Positions 10,091 through 21,169 of a stretch of 64,000 bases of DNA are shown here, in pieces; position 1 is the stretch's first letter; every line of letters starts with the position of its first letter. Location: positions 82,768 to 146,767 of the forward strand of contig CAYJTG010000001.1 in assembly GCA_964373255.1 (NCBI GenBank), read 5' to 3'. Under the pieces are notes generated by a model. It searched no databases and was not told where the DNA came from. It saw only the letters and a program-made list of their open reading frames with translations. The position numbers were made by a program, and so were the translations under genes. The DNA comes from an uncultured archaeon (GTDB lineage: Archaea > Aenigmatarchaeota > Aenigmatarchaeia > GW2011-AR5).

Positions 10091-10492
10091 CTATGTTCTC
10101 CTTTCAAAATAATTGTTGAAATTGTTGATATAGTGAATTTGAAAAAATCATTTAAAAAATACTGTTCCTCTTATTCTTTCTTCCCGCTCAATGGCCCTCC
10201 GTTCTTCCTGACTATAATGCGTTTCTTATTAGAAACGCAGAAGTCGCGTCTGTGAATCGGCTGGAAAGATTTGAGAATGCGAACTTGGTGCTTTAGCCCA
10301 TTACCTAAACCTAAAGGTTTTTGAGAATAATTTTTTGGTTGCATACCTTTGTCCTTTTTGAATTTTCGAAAGATTCGTGGATTAAAGAAAAACTAATGAA
10401 ACCAAGGGCTCTGTAATGGCGTTGATTGGAGTTACAGAGCCCATTAAGAATCACAAACCACCGGATGGTTGCTGCTTGTCTTCAGAACTTAC

Positions 10493-11986
10493 TTAGACAT
10501 TCTTCAGCATCGCCACAAGGAAGTTCCAGAACTTCTCGACAGTATCTATATAGACCATCTCGCCCGGTGCGTGATTGCCTTTGATTGTCGGGCCAAATGA
10601 AATGGTATCAATATTGGGATGTTTCTGACAGATTATTGCGCACTCCAAACCAGCATGAACTGTTTTTACCTTTGGTTCTTCTCCAAACAGCTTGGTGTAA
10701 ACATCTTTTGCCGTTGCGAGAAGGGGTGAATTCATATTGGGCTGCCACGCTGGATATTCGCTTTTATATTCGACCGCCATTGCAAAACGTCCAAATAAAG
10801 CATCAACCTCTTCATTCAGTTCATCCAGTTCAGAAGTGCTCATGCTGCGCTGGCTTGTTGTGAACACGACGGAATCCTCCGTTGTCTTGACGATTGCAAG
10901 ATTCATCGACGTCTGGACAAGCCCTGGAATCTCAGACATCTTGATCACGCCGTGCCGTATATCATGAATTATAGAAAGAACCATCGATCTATCGCCACCA
11001 TCCATAACGCCCTTGCAATTTGCCTTCTCCTGCTCATTCAATTCTTCCAGCACGACAGCAAGTTCTGGATCCGTATTTGCATAAGTATCGCGAAATGTAT
11101 TGGTTGATTCTTCAACAACATTTTTCGCGTCCTCGACCCGGTTGCTAGGAATGAAAAGAAGTGCTTCGCATGACGATGGAATTGCATTGTGCTTTGACCC
11201 GCCGTTGATAGAAGACACCATAGCACCTGCTTCATCAACGAGTGTATCGATGATTTCACCGATGATTTTGATCGCGTTTCCACGGTTTTCATGGATTTCC
11301 AAACCGGAATGACCGCCTTTCAAGCCACTGACGCCAAGCTTATACAGCGCATGACCTTCAGGCAAATTCCGGAAAATTACAGGAAGTGTTCCGGCCGTTG
11401 TCCTGCCGCCTGCACAGCCAACAAAGATATCTGGCCAATCTTCCGAGTCCAGATTTATCATTTTTTTGCTCTCCAGTTCAAAAGCAAGGACCTTTACTCC
11501 GTTCAGACCCCTTTCTTCGTCTGTCGTGAACAAAAGCTCAAGCGGGCCGTGCTGGACATCCGGGTCGATCATGACAGCAAGCTCGGCAGCAACTCCAATG
11601 CCATCGTCTGCTCCGAGCGTTGTTTCAACCGCTTTTATGACGTTGCCCTCACGAATGAACCGGACAGGGTTCGCAGAGAAGTCATGACCCTTCGGCTCTG
11701 ATACCATGTCGATATGCGATTGCAAGCAAATCGGGTCGCGATCTTCATACCCAGGGGTTACCGGAACTCTGACAAGAACGTTGTGGGCTCCATCGGATTC
11801 TACGGTGCAGCCAAAACTATTTGCAAGGTCAATGATGTATTTGGCGATTTCCTCTTCATGCCCAGAATCTCTCGGTATGAGCGATATCTCCACGAGTTGA
11901 TCCCAAACGAATTGTGGTTTAAGTCCTATCACCGCCTGTAAATTATGCAGGCGTATGGACTCTCTGTTGTTTGTCACGTCTTTCAT
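10493..11986 (-). CDS. pepD: Aminoacyl-histidine (Xaa-His) dipeptidase, peptidase family M20C
   Basis: QSHIDMVSEP, TTLGADDGIGVAAELAV, ~495 aa, PepD-like throughout. Confidence 0.75.
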   Translation of the reverse strand: MKDVTNNRESIRLHNLQAVIGLKPQFVWDQLVEISLIPRDSGHEEEIAKYIIDLANSFGCTVESDGAHNVLVRVPVTPGYEDRDPICLQSHIDMVSEPKGHDFSANPVRFIREGNVIKAVETTLGADDGIGVAAELAVMIDPDVQHGPLELLFTTDEERGLNGVKVLAFELESKKMINLDSEDWPDIFVGCAGGRTTAGTLPVIFRNLPEGHALYKLGVSGLKGGHSGLEIHENRGNAIKIIGEIIDTLVDEAGAMVSSINGGSKHNAIPSSCEALLFIPSNRVEDAKNVVEESTNTFRDTYANTDPELAVVLEELNEQEKANCKGVMDGGDRSMVLSIIHDIRHGVIKMSEIPGLVQTSMNLAIVKTTEDSVVFTTSQRSMSTSELDELNEEVDALFGRFAMAVEYKSEYPAWQPNMNSPLLATAKDVYTKLFGEEPKVKTVHAGLECAIICQKHPNIDTISFGPTIKGNHAPGEMVYIDTVEKFWNFLVAMLKNV

Positions 11987-12071
11987 AAAAAATATCTCCT
12001 CAAAAAATTGTGAATAGTTAGTTGATTATAATTTGATTATAATTAAAAGATATTATAATATTCCCGATTAT

Positions 12072-12386
12072 TTATGTCAGTTTGCCTGTCTGCATTTTCC
12101 TTACAAATCTTTCTGCAACGAATGAGGAAATAATAATCGGTAGAAGAATGCACAGAAAATAGAAAGAGCCGATTAAGTCGTCTCCGATACGGGCGCTGAA
12201 TTGCCTTGCATATGCATCAAGCCTGCCCCATACAACAGCAAGCACAATAATGCTGAGGGACGCCAGAAACGTTCCGGCAAAAACAAGGGAAGTCGCCAGT
12301 ACTGTGCGCGCCCTGAGCTTCTGGCAGTTTTTGAAAGCAAGGTAAACTGCCACAAAACCTGCGGCGAATGTTACAATTGCGTTCAT
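12072..12386 (-). CDS. Small integral membrane protein
   Basis: ORF with three predicted TM helices. Confidence 0.35.
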   Translation of the reverse strand: MNAIVTFAAGFVAVYLAFKNCQKLRARTVLATSLVFAGTFLASLSIIVLAVVWGRLDAYARQFSARIGDDLIGSFYFLCILLPIIISSFVAERFVRKMQTGKLT

Positions 12387-12392
12387 CGCAGT

Positions 12393-13229
12393 TTACTCCT
12401 TTACAACCCTTCTGTAAAATTCTGCAACATCGATCCTAAAGAATGCCACTGCCCTCTCTTTGAACGTTTTTCCGAGTGGAAGTTTGGGATAATCACGTAT
12501 GAGAAAATTCGGGCTGTTGGGGGAATATCTAAGAGTGAAATAATTATCATCTATGTATATGCTCTTATAGATCCCGTCTTTTCCTACGTTAAGTTCGTAG
12601 TAATTGATATCTCCGTTGTTATCCAGTCCTATATATGCGGTTGTATCAGTGACGTTTCCATCGGTTGTTCCACAGTGCACAGAAAGCTTCTTGTCCAGTC
12701 CCATAACGTGTGCGCCCTTACCTTCACCTTCACCTTCTATTGTGTCCTCAGTCATCTTTACCATGTCAGGCTTTGACGGCAGGACCAGAAGCTCCTCAAG
12801 GGTCTTGTCAATGATCATGCGCGTATATTTCTTGTATTCGTCCTTTGCGTTTATATCGAACGGATATGTTGTGTTCGAACCAAGAACATTTCCAAAAGCG
12901 TCCATTTCTTTTACAACCATCGTGATCTGTCCGAATACTCCATTTTTCTGAGTGTACGTGACGGTTGTGTCAAATCCTGCTTTGCCACTTGACGAAACAG
13001 ACATAACATAGCTTGTATCCGGCATCTCTCTTAGACTGTATAATTTATTGTCGATAACACAAGCGATCGCGTTTGCTAGTATTGGCTCGCTCTTGTGTTC
13101 TTCTTGCTTTGCAGCTGTCGTGGATGATTGTTGTTCTTGCTGCTCCTGTTGCTTATCTCCACCGCACGACATCAAAGCAGCAAGAAGAAATGCAGCGATA
13201 ACAATAATATAAGATTTGAAGTTTTTCAT
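12393..13229 (-). CDS. Secreted/lipoprotein-like protein with Gln/Glu-rich linker (MKNFKSYIIVIAAFLLAALMSCGG...)
   Basis: Signal peptide with a Cys lipobox-like motif. Start placed at the internal Met preceding the signal peptide. Confidence 0.5.
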   Translation of the reverse strand: MKNFKSYIIVIAAFLLAALMSCGGDKQQEQQEQQSSTTAAKQEEHKSEPILANAIACVIDNKLYSLREMPDTSYVMSVSSSGKAGFDTTVTYTQKNGVFGQITMVVKEMDAFGNVLGSNTTYPFDINAKDEYKKYTRMIIDKTLEELLVLPSKPDMVKMTEDTIEGEGEGKGAHVMGLDKKLSVHCGTTDGNVTDTTAYIGLDNNGDINYYELNVGKDGIYKSIYIDDNYFTLRYSPNSPNFLIRDYPKLPLGKTFKERAVAFFRIDVAEFYRRVVKE

Positions 13230-13517
13230 AAAATATCTCCTCAAAAAATTGTGAATAGTTAGTTGATTAAAAAACTGTAAAAATAAAAAGCAGGGCATCG
13301 GGTTGTTCCAGAATGCCTAAATGTCCTCTGTCGGTGCCTGATCAGATTTAGGGTCCTGTGCGCAATGCCGATGCCGTGCATTGGTATCAAAAAAGCATGC
13401 TCCCGAACTTTCTATGGTTGTAAAACACGAGAAAAATCGCCAGGCCGCCCGATATAAAAATCACTGCGTTGGATATTATTTCTGTTATATTTATCATTCT
13501 AATCTTTTGCTCCTTTC

Positions 13518-13799
13518 TTACCATTTCTTTATCACAAGAATAAGCCCGGAAAATAAAAGTGCATACCCGACAATTTGCTGCCACACAATTCTTTGTGGAG
13601 GCATGATATCCGGCATTATTTTTCCAGCGACAAACAGCAACAGCACCGCTAAGCCATTGTACATAGCCCAGATTACCGTATTGTTAGAAGCTTCTGCAGG
13701 ATCTGACTGGATTGACAAAGCCGTCAACAGCACGCCACCGCATATCAGCAGGCCTGTCATTAAACCAGAAAACCATACACCACCAGGCGCATCGCCCAA
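13518..13799 (-). CDS. Small membrane protein
   Basis: ORF with hydrophobic helices. Confidence 0.3.
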   Translation of the reverse strand: MGDAPGGVWFSGLMTGLLICGGVLLTALSIQSDPAEASNNTVIWAMYNGLAVLLLFVAGKIMPDIMPPQRIVWQQIVGYALLFSGLILVIKKW

Positions 13800-13838
13800 G
13801 GCCGAGCAGCACGTTCAGTATCAAATCATGCGTAATGT

Positions 13839-14204
13839 TCATGCCGGTTTTCCTTTCAAAGATGGTGGATTGCGTTTATATCCTGCAGCCGCGATCGGAA
13901 GCTGACTCGTGCGCTCAATCTCCTTTCTGTCAGGCACAGCAAAGACGTACAGAAGTACAGTAATTGCAAACAGCACAGCAGCCAGAATAAAGCGGTTTCT
14001 CCTTGCGGAAAGCGGCACACGGTCGTTCAACGAGCTTCCGAAGATTATCGCAGACAAAACCAGAATCCATAAATAAATATCTATGTCCGCCAGAACCAAA
14101 AACACAAACACAACAACCACAAAGAACAGCGAAGCCCTCCAAAGAATTATATTTTTCCTCTCTTCTATATTTTTCTTTTCTTCTTCCATGGTAACTCCTT
14201 TCAT
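13839..14204 (-). CDS. Membrane protein
   Basis: ORF with 3 TM segments; the overlapping alternative ORF 13930..14421 is less likely. Confidence 0.35.
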   Translation of the reverse strand: MKGVTMEEEKKNIEERKNIILWRASLFFVVVVFVFLVLADIDIYLWILVLSAIIFGSSLNDRVPLSARRNRFILAAVLFAITVLLYVFAVPDRKEIERTSQLPIAAAGYKRNPPSLKGKPA

Positions 14205-14601
14205 TATTGATTATGTTGTTCAGAGTTATTCTGATCCTTCGATTTATGTCTGATGCCTGTGTACAGAATAAAGCATAAGGCAATACCGACAATTCCAACG
14301 ACAAGACTTTACTCCTTTCGTGATATTTGTTAGAAAATGTTAGAAAATAATTGAACCGAAATAAAAAGCTCCGCCAGGCGTTGAGGTACCAATTCAATGC
14401 CGTCTGAAAGGAGGAAACCAATCAGACACCCTAACAACCTTGAAAGGGCTTAGCGGAGCCATTAATCAAAGAGGCTGATTACTGTCCTGTCACTGCAGCT
14501 CACGGCTCAAAGTCATTGCCATAATAAGTAACAGCGTAGCGAATGGAATCCTTGTCAGCCGAAAGCCTGGATCAGGCGCTAAATGCGAGACACTGGGTAA
14601 G

Positions 14602-15732
14602 TCATTGCGCAAACGGCCTGCAGACCTTTGACTTTAGATCTATGAACCTAAGATATACAGTTCGACGATGTTTTGGCAAAGATTTGACGCCAACACCAAG
14701 AGAATAATCGCAAATGATGTCGCCAAACAATCTTTCACGCTCCTCTTGCAATCTTTTCCTTCTTTCCTCTTCTGCACGCAGTTCATGCAACTTGATCATT
14801 TCTATCGTAATAGATTGCAGCTTATTCAAGAGTAGCACAACCACAATGAAAGATAAGCTAAATACAACGAATTGCATCGGTATACCATAGGGAAGAAACA
14901 GTATACCATAGGGAAGAAACATATTTGTCAAGAATGAAAAAACAAAAAGACCAATCCACACAATAGGTGCAAATAAAATATAATAGAATGGTCTTTGATT
15001 TCCATCTTTATCTTTGACAAAAATGGAGCTTTCACGATAATACCATACATCATTAGGAGTGTCTCTGAGTGGGTGAAGGATAGGTTTGAAGTCAATACCA
15101 CGATATCCACAAAGAAGAAAGAAAATACCGCCAAACAGTTTTATTATTGTGACGATAGGAATCAAGATCAAGAACACTAAAATCGGTTGCAGCGTATAAG
15201 CAAGGATTCTTCGGCGTCGATAAGCGCACTGATCCGCGGGTTTGGTACTAAAAAAAATATTTACCCATTTATTTTCCCATTCTCGTGGCTCTTTTGCGAA
15301 GAATTCTTTTCCAACCACTATATCTATTGATGTGTGCTCGATCACACCAATATCACTTTCTTCCAGATAATTTTTCCTGAACTTCCCGGCACCATCAAAA
15401 ACTTTGTATTCGTAATTGTGGGTGCTCCTTTTGCTCAAGCAGAATATTTTCATCCAGTCAATATTTCGTGATTTCAGGTAAACTATAGCCGCATAAACCG
15501 TATATTTTCCTGGTCGAGAAAATTGGACATAATCCATGAGCTGATCAATCTCCAGAAGGCCTCGGTCAACTTCATAATTCGACGATCCTTCATTGCGGAG
15601 AACCACAACAAGAAGGCGTGGTTCTTTGTCGATCACATCTTTCAATCTTTCGATAGTGTCCGATGTCAAACACCATCGTAATGGCAGAACAGCGTCAGCT
15701 GCTTGCGGGTTATTTATAATAAGTTTAAGCAT
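14602..15732 (-). CDS. Polytopic membrane protein with C-terminal coiled-coil/basic tail; contains a tandem LPYGI duplication
   Basis: ORF; direct DNA repeat at ~14870-14915. Confidence 0.45.
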   Translation of the reverse strand: MLKLIINNPQAADAVLPLRWCLTSDTIERLKDVIDKEPRLLVVVLRNEGSSNYEVDRGLLEIDQLMDYVQFSRPGKYTVYAAIVYLKSRNIDWMKIFCLSKRSTHNYEYKVFDGAGKFRKNYLEESDIGVIEHTSIDIVVGKEFFAKEPREWENKWVNIFFSTKPADQCAYRRRRILAYTLQPILVFLILIPIVTIIKLFGGIFFLLCGYRGIDFKPILHPLRDTPNDVWYYRESSIFVKDKDGNQRPFYYILFAPIVWIGLFVFSFLTNMFLPYGILFLPYGIPMQFVVFSLSFIVVVLLLNKLQSITIEMIKLHELRAEEERRKRLQEERERLFGDIICDYSLGVGVKSLPKHRRTVYLRFIDLKSKVCRPFAQ

Positions 15733-15787
15733 GTCAAATATCCTTATGTTGTTATAAAAAGTGAATTCGAAAAATTGTAAATTAGAT

Positions 15788-17098
15788 CTAGAACGAATAA
15801 GTCAGCTGGCTGTTCCACCCGAGATCAGACGCCCAGCTCGTGCGCAAGCGGATGCCCTCGACAAGAACACTAAAGCCAGCTATATACCTTTCCCCACTAG
15901 ACAAGATGGGATGTCTGTCATAGTTTGCGGCGAGCTCCAGGAATGTCATCGGTCTTGCAATGCAGACGGCATAAAAATATGTGCCGTTATATGTATCGCT
16001 ACTGAACGGCGCTATTCCTGCTATCACGTTTACAAACCCTTTCTTAAGACTAGTCTGAAATACTACTCTCTCAAAGCTGTGATTCTTTTCGAAGCTCATA
16101 ATGATCTTAAAAGGATCGAATGTTTTTGAAGAAACAAATGAGAATCGTATCCTTGGATTCTGGGCGACCATAAATTTTGAATAGAAGTCGCTTCCAGTAT
16201 AAGCAACCATTACGCCGCGCAGTGTTATGTCCACATCACGCGCAATCAGGGGTGCATGAGCAAACGAACCGTCAGGCGAAGGAGGTACACCAGGGATAGG
16301 CGTATACTGCTGGCCGGCTGATACATCAATATTATTGCCAAGACTGTAGGAGACAAACGCCTGATTTAATTTTGGATTTAACGTAAGGTCGATATCAGAG
16401 ACGTACCTTACGCTGCCTTTTGTTCCTTCTACGCCAATAATCGCCCAATTAAAATTGAAATCAACCAGATTAAAAATTGTCTGGCCATATATTCTATTCT
16501 CGCTCTTTTCCTGGGTTCGCACAAAAGAGAAAGGCGCAGCAAGAAACGTCAATACGCTTGCTATAGCCAGTGCAAGCCTTGATTTATGCTCTATCGCTTC
16601 AGGCAATTCCTTTACAGCAAGAGCCATATTTTTGCCATTGCGTTGCAGTTCTTTTACGGCGCTTTCTGACAGCTCGCGCGCGGTATCGATGTGAATTCCA
16701 TGGTATTCGCGCCTTGACGTATATTCATTGAACCTGTCAAGCTCAAAGTGCCTTGAAAATGCCATCGGGCTGCTGCGAAAGAAACGCTGTACGTACAGCC
16801 ATACAAGCATGAACGGCCAGAAAACAAAAATTGCCCAGAATATAAATCCAGTCTTCCAGCCCGCCATTATCTCGCTGTAGACATATGCGTCCCAATGACC
16901 TGTACCGCTATTCTTCCCTGTAATATAGATCCGGAATGCGATTGTAAATACGCCCAAAGTCAAGGACAAAGACGTCCATAAAGGGCTATAGACAAAAAGC
17001 CCTGCATAAACGACCAGAATACAGAGCTTTGATATAAAATCTGCCAACGAATCATCATCGCATGAATAATGATTTGAATAACAATTAGAGTAATACAT
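15788..17098 (-). CDS. Membrane protein with N-terminal TM bundle and C-terminal extracytoplasmic domain
   Basis: ORF with hydrophobic N-terminus. Confidence 0.45.
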   Translation of the reverse strand: MYYSNCYSNHYSCDDDSLADFISKLCILVVYAGLFVYSPLWTSLSLTLGVFTIAFRIYITGKNSGTGHWDAYVYSEIMAGWKTGFIFWAIFVFWPFMLVWLYVQRFFRSSPMAFSRHFELDRFNEYTSRREYHGIHIDTARELSESAVKELQRNGKNMALAVKELPEAIEHKSRLALAIASVLTFLAAPFSFVRTQEKSENRIYGQTIFNLVDFNFNWAIIGVEGTKGSVRYVSDIDLTLNPKLNQAFVSYSLGNNIDVSAGQQYTPIPGVPPSPDGSFAHAPLIARDVDITLRGVMVAYTGSDFYSKFMVAQNPRIRFSFVSSKTFDPFKIIMSFEKNHSFERVVFQTSLKKGFVNVIAGIAPFSSDTYNGTYFYAVCIARPMTFLELAANYDRHPILSSGERYIAGFSVLVEGIRLRTSWASDLGWNSQLTYSF

Positions 17099-17343
17099 TT
17101 TTGGATTCCTTATAATTATAAAATGATTTGTTTAGAATTAGTTGATTTTTCAATAAACGTAAAAGCAGCGGACAGATGGCATCTCGTCCATAAAGGATAT
17201 ATTTGGTATCGTCCGCTGCTTTCGAAAAGTGGACATCGACAATATCATCCATAGAAAGGACAACAAGATAATCGTCCACTTTATGAAAATATCAGAAACA
17301 AATGCTACGCCGCCCGATTATTCTGTGTTTACATTATTTTACT

Positions 17344-17766
17344 TCACGCAAGCCTGACGATAGCATAAACAATACCATAAAATATACCGTACAAAGCTCC
17401 CGCCATTACCAGCACAGAGCACACAGCCGCAAATTTTGATATTTTCAGCTCCTCTGCTGCGAGTACTGCTACGAGTACTGCGAGTACTAGTACGGGTGCT
17501 GCAAGTGCTGGTGCGAATGCTGCGAATGCTGTGAATGCTGCTGCGAGTGCTGCTGGTGCGAATGCTGCGAATGCTGTGAATGCTGCTGGTGTGAATGCTG
17601 CTGCGAGTGCTGCTGGTGTGAATGCTGCTGCGAGTGCTGCTGGTGCGAATGCTGCGAATGCTGCATCTCTTGTCAGTACATAAACCACAAAAAACACACC
17701 ACTGCAAGCAACAGTCAAAACCCATTCGTATTTGAACAGCTTGCTGGCGAAGAATTGTTTTAACAT
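17344..17766 (-). CDS. Ala-rich tandem-repeat membrane protein (AAFTPAALA units)
   Basis: 27-nt tandem repeats at ~17455-17650, with TM segments at both ends. The alternative Ser/Thr/Arg-rich frame (17339..17725) was judged less likely. Confidence 0.35.
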   Translation of the reverse strand: MLKQFFASKLFKYEWVLTVACSGVFFVVYVLTRDAAFAAFAPAALAAAFTPAALAAAFTPAAFTAFAAFAPAALAAAFTAFAAFAPALAAPVLVLAVLVAVLAAEELKISKFAAVCSVLVMAGALYGIFYGIVYAIVRLA

Positions 17767-17823
17767 GCTAGACTCCTTTCCTGGAGGTTGTTTAGAATTA
17801 GTTGATTTTTGAAAAATTGTTTT

Positions 17824-18402
17824 TCAGAAATTTGATTTGAAATATGTCCTAAATACCAGAAAAAATACAGCGCCTATAATCAAAAACATGGCGACAGGAT
17901 ATACGACAATCGCAAACTCGAACTTATCTATTGCGACTAAATTCGCGATGCTTCCGGCAAAGAAAAGCAGCCATGCTGACTTGCTTTCGATCTGGGGATT
18001 GCAATATACCTTGCGTATCGTTGGCAATGCACCAGTCATGTCAACAGCTATGTTAATCAGCAAAGCTGGCAAAGGTGAGTTGAATATAAACCAAAGTAAA
18101 AGCCCAACAGCCGATATTATTAAACAAGTCCTGTCAAACGACGTCCAACCGCCTTCGCCGTACTTCAGTGAAAGCAGCGCAACTATTATCGTGCCTATAG
18201 AATAGGATACCAGAACAAATATTGTTGATTCTGCACCAGAAGAATGATAACTGGCCAGGATTATGATGTTCATTACAAGCCAAATCAACCACGAAGCCCT
18301 GTTTGGCTTTGTTGACCCCTTCAGAATTGAGGAGATATACGGTATGTAAGCGAGGATTGACAAAATCCCTGCTATTAATCCAAAAATTTTGGTATAATGC
18401 AT
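17824..18402 (-). CDS. Polytopic membrane protein
   Basis: ORF with 6 hydrophobic helices. Confidence 0.4.
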   Translation of the reverse strand: MHYTKIFGLIAGILSILAYIPYISSILKGSTKPNRASWLIWLVMNIIILASYHSSGAESTIFVLVSYSIGTIIVALLSLKYGEGGWTSFDRTCLIISAVGLLLWFIFNSPLPALLINIAVDMTGALPTIRKVYCNPQIESKSAWLLFFAGSIANLVAIDKFEFAIVVYPVAMFLIIGAVFFLVFRTYFKSNF

Positions 18403-18807
18403 TGAAGTGTCCTTTCACGGTGATTTTCAATTTATTTTTCAAAATTGTTTTCTTACTTGATTTTCTTTCCAAAGATTACTATGTTTCTTGATCAAACTTT
18501 TGGATAATAATTGATTCAATGTAATTTCTTTTAATCGACTTTTTCTTTTGGAAAGAAAAAGTCGCAAGACAACGCAAGACATTGAAAAGTCTGGTGTTGT
18601 ACAAAATTTTATGTAGCGAAGCGTAAAGAAATAGAAAAGGCAAGACATGCAGAAACCAGCTTTACAGGCTGATTTGATTAAGTTTTTTTCGTCTTGCTTT
18701 CTTCCCGTTAGAGAGCTTTCGACCCTACCGATCTAAGTAAGAAAAGACTGATTGCTCAATTTTTCTTATATTTGTGATCGGATTTGAATTTTGTGATTTT
18801 TCTTTGT

Positions 18808-20811
18808 TTATAGGTAAATATTCTCGAATGCGCCTGTGCCCATGAACTCATCGGCAAGCTGCACAAATATCTTCATGCCGCCCTTCTTTTTTGCGTACCG
18901 GCACGCCTGCTGCAGCAGTACGTTTTTCAAGGCTTCGTTTGCGCAAATATAATAGCCGTTGTTGTGGAGTGCCCTGTAAATTGGGTCGCGATCGTAATTC
19001 GTTATAAATGAAAGCTTTAACTCCTTATCGCCCTTTTTAAGCATTACTAATCCGCCTGAATCAGCCGCCTGCCCAACCTCGTAGCCGGATGACTCGAACT
19101 TCCATATTATGTGCTTTTTGTCCATTTTTTCCTGCCTTGGGGCGGTTTTTTCTATTTTATTGAATACACCCTCGCCGATGTCTGTCAAAAAGTAATAAAC
19201 GGCCTTGGTTTTCTTCACCTTCACGCCTTTCTGATCCACCAAACCAAGCTTTAGCAAAAGCTTCATGTTGTCGTTGAACGTCGAGCCGGACATCTTCAGT
19301 GCCTTATAGAGCTGCGACGTATAGAGGCCTTTGCCAGTGCCTATGGCTGTGATTATCTTCATCTCGCTTTCATTCAAGCCGTTGACATCAAAATCCACGT
19401 CAACATTCGCCCTGCCGATAGTTTTTATCTTGTCCCGCATCAGCTCGACGACGTCTTTATCGGTTATCTTCCCTTTCTCTATTTCCAGCTTTTCGAACTC
19501 AGCAAGGAACGGCTTTGAAAATTCTGAATTTCTTGCCAGCATAAATCCGTGCCCCACGGGCAGCCTTCGCAAATAAGAGCCTTCCTCATTATAGTCAAGC
19601 CCGAGCATGTTCGCAGCGTCCATTATGTCTGACGACTGCTTTGTGTCTAGTCCTAAATTCATGTATATGTGCGTTGACGTATTGCCCATAGCCGGATAGC
19701 TCACCAATGAAGGATGCTGGTCGATATAAATTATGCCCAGCCCCAATTCACGAACCTCACGGAACAATAAATCAATGACCGTCTCTGACCCGAGCTTCTT
19801 CGATTTTTCCCTGTTCAGAACGTGATGCGCCTCCTCAAGGATTATGGCGCCTGCTAATTTTTCCCTGCTCTTGCCTGCGAGCATCCAGTCGCGTATCCAC
19901 TGCAGCACAATCTCGATGAAAAACGTCTTGTCGTTTGTCGACAACGCGTCCAGTTCGAATATTGTGATCTTGCCCGGTGAAAATAATTGCGACAGATCAG
20001 AGAAGTCCGTATCAAAAACATCGTTCATTTCACGGAAGCAGAGCGATTCCAACGGACGCATTGCTGTTGCGACCCAGTTTCTTTCCCTTGACGATCCATG
20101 GCTATGGGAAAGGATTTCAACTGCGTCTTTCAGGTCAGCCAGCCTTGGGTTCTGCTTATTTTCGTACAAATCATTCATTGCCATCATAATTATGTGCTGC
20201 CCGCCCCCAAGCAGCCAGTAGGCGTGGTCGAATATGGATGCGAACTCCTTTATCCACTGCGACGCCGTTATGTCCTTGGGCGGCTTCAACGGGTTGAACC
20301 TGAACGGCGAGACATCACGACCGATCGTGTAAACCTCTATCCTGTCCCTTAATTCTGTTTGAAGTAGGTCACGGTAATTTCTTTTCGAGAAGTCAAATAT
20401 AATTACAGGTATATTCATCTCCGCCAAACTCTTCGCAAGCATAAAGGAGACGTTTGTCTTGCCGTACCCGGAAGACCCGAATATTCCTATGTGCGTAAGC
20501 AATGATTCTGCCTTTATTAAAAGTGGAAACAGTCTTTTTCTGCCGTAGTTGACGTGACCCAGCTTTATTTCCCCGCTGATCACTTCTCTTTCAGGCGGCT
20601 CGATGAGAACCGTGTCCCTCAATTCCTTGTCCGAGTTGACAGCCGCTTTCAGTATGTCGACCATCTCAATTATTCTTTTCCTCGTCTCCTCATCCGCCAA
20701 TAGATAAGTCTTTAACAACCGCTCGGCGTTCTGCCTGCCCATGACAGGCGTCATCTTCTTGATCTCGTCGCTTATCAGCTTTTCCTGGTAGTACATATTA
20801 ATCACGACCAA
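18808..20811 (-). CDS. HerA/FtsK-superfamily (DUF87-type) P-loop ATPase with C-terminal winged-helix and extra domain
   Basis: Walker A GSSGYGKT, Walker B IILEEAHH, 667 aa. C-terminal wHTH-like GKGLYTSQLYKALKMSG. Confidence 0.65.
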   Translation of the reverse strand: MVVINMYYQEKLISDEIKKMTPVMGRQNAERLLKTYLLADEETRKRIIEMVDILKAAVNSDKELRDTVLIEPPEREVISGEIKLGHVNYGRKRLFPLLIKAESLLTHIGIFGSSGYGKTNVSFMLAKSLAEMNIPVIIFDFSKRNYRDLLQTELRDRIEVYTIGRDVSPFRFNPLKPPKDITASQWIKEFASIFDHAYWLLGGGQHIIMMAMNDLYENKQNPRLADLKDAVEILSHSHGSSRERNWVATAMRPLESLCFREMNDVFDTDFSDLSQLFSPGKITIFELDALSTNDKTFFIEIVLQWIRDWMLAGKSREKLAGAIILEEAHHVLNREKSKKLGSETVIDLLFREVRELGLGIIYIDQHPSLVSYPAMGNTSTHIYMNLGLDTKQSSDIMDAANMLGLDYNEEGSYLRRLPVGHGFMLARNSEFSKPFLAEFEKLEIEKGKITDKDVVELMRDKIKTIGRANVDVDFDVNGLNESEMKIITAIGTGKGLYTSQLYKALKMSGSTFNDNMKLLLKLGLVDQKGVKVKKTKAVYYFLTDIGEGVFNKIEKTAPRQEKMDKKHIIWKFESSGYEVGQAADSGGLVMLKKGDKELKLSFITNYDRDPIYRALHNNGYYICANEALKNVLLQQACRYAKKKGGMKIFVQLADEFMGTGAFENIYL

Positions 20812-21169
20812 ACATCATTTTTCTTGTTCGTAATACAGTGCCTTTGTCTATGGTGTCGTATCTCAGGCTGTAGTTAACGTCACCCATGCATTCGACAAGG
20901 CTCTTGATGTCTTCGCCATAAAAATTGGTGTCCCTGTCAACAAAAGTAACGCATTCATTTGTTCCATCGGGGCGCTCTGGCCTGAACGTCACATTGTATG
21001 TTCCGTTATCCGTGACTTTCTGTACATAGACCCAAATCTTGTAGGGGCCCAGAATGGCCTTAGTGTTGGGAATAAGCCTTCCATCGTTATACGCAGCAAA
21101 AAAAAATTCAATACCTATAACATTTCCATTAATCAAATCGTCAATATCCCACATCTTATTCACCCTCAT
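20798..21169 (-). CDS. Small protein of unknown function, operon partner of the HerA-like ATPase
   Basis: ORF overlapping the ATPase start by 14 nt. Confidence 0.4.
   Translation of the reverse strand: MRVNKMWDIDDLINGNVIGIEFFFAAYNDGRLIPNTKAILGPYKIWVYVQKVTDNGTYNVTFRPERPDGTNECVTFVDRDTNFYGEDIKSLVECMGDVNYSLRYDTIDKGTVLRTRKMMFGRD

Noticed and set aside
17339-17725. Ser/Thr/Arg-rich 128-aa ORF.
   Set aside because: It is the alternative frame of the tandem repeat; the Ala-rich frame has TM-like termini and was chosen, with low confidence.
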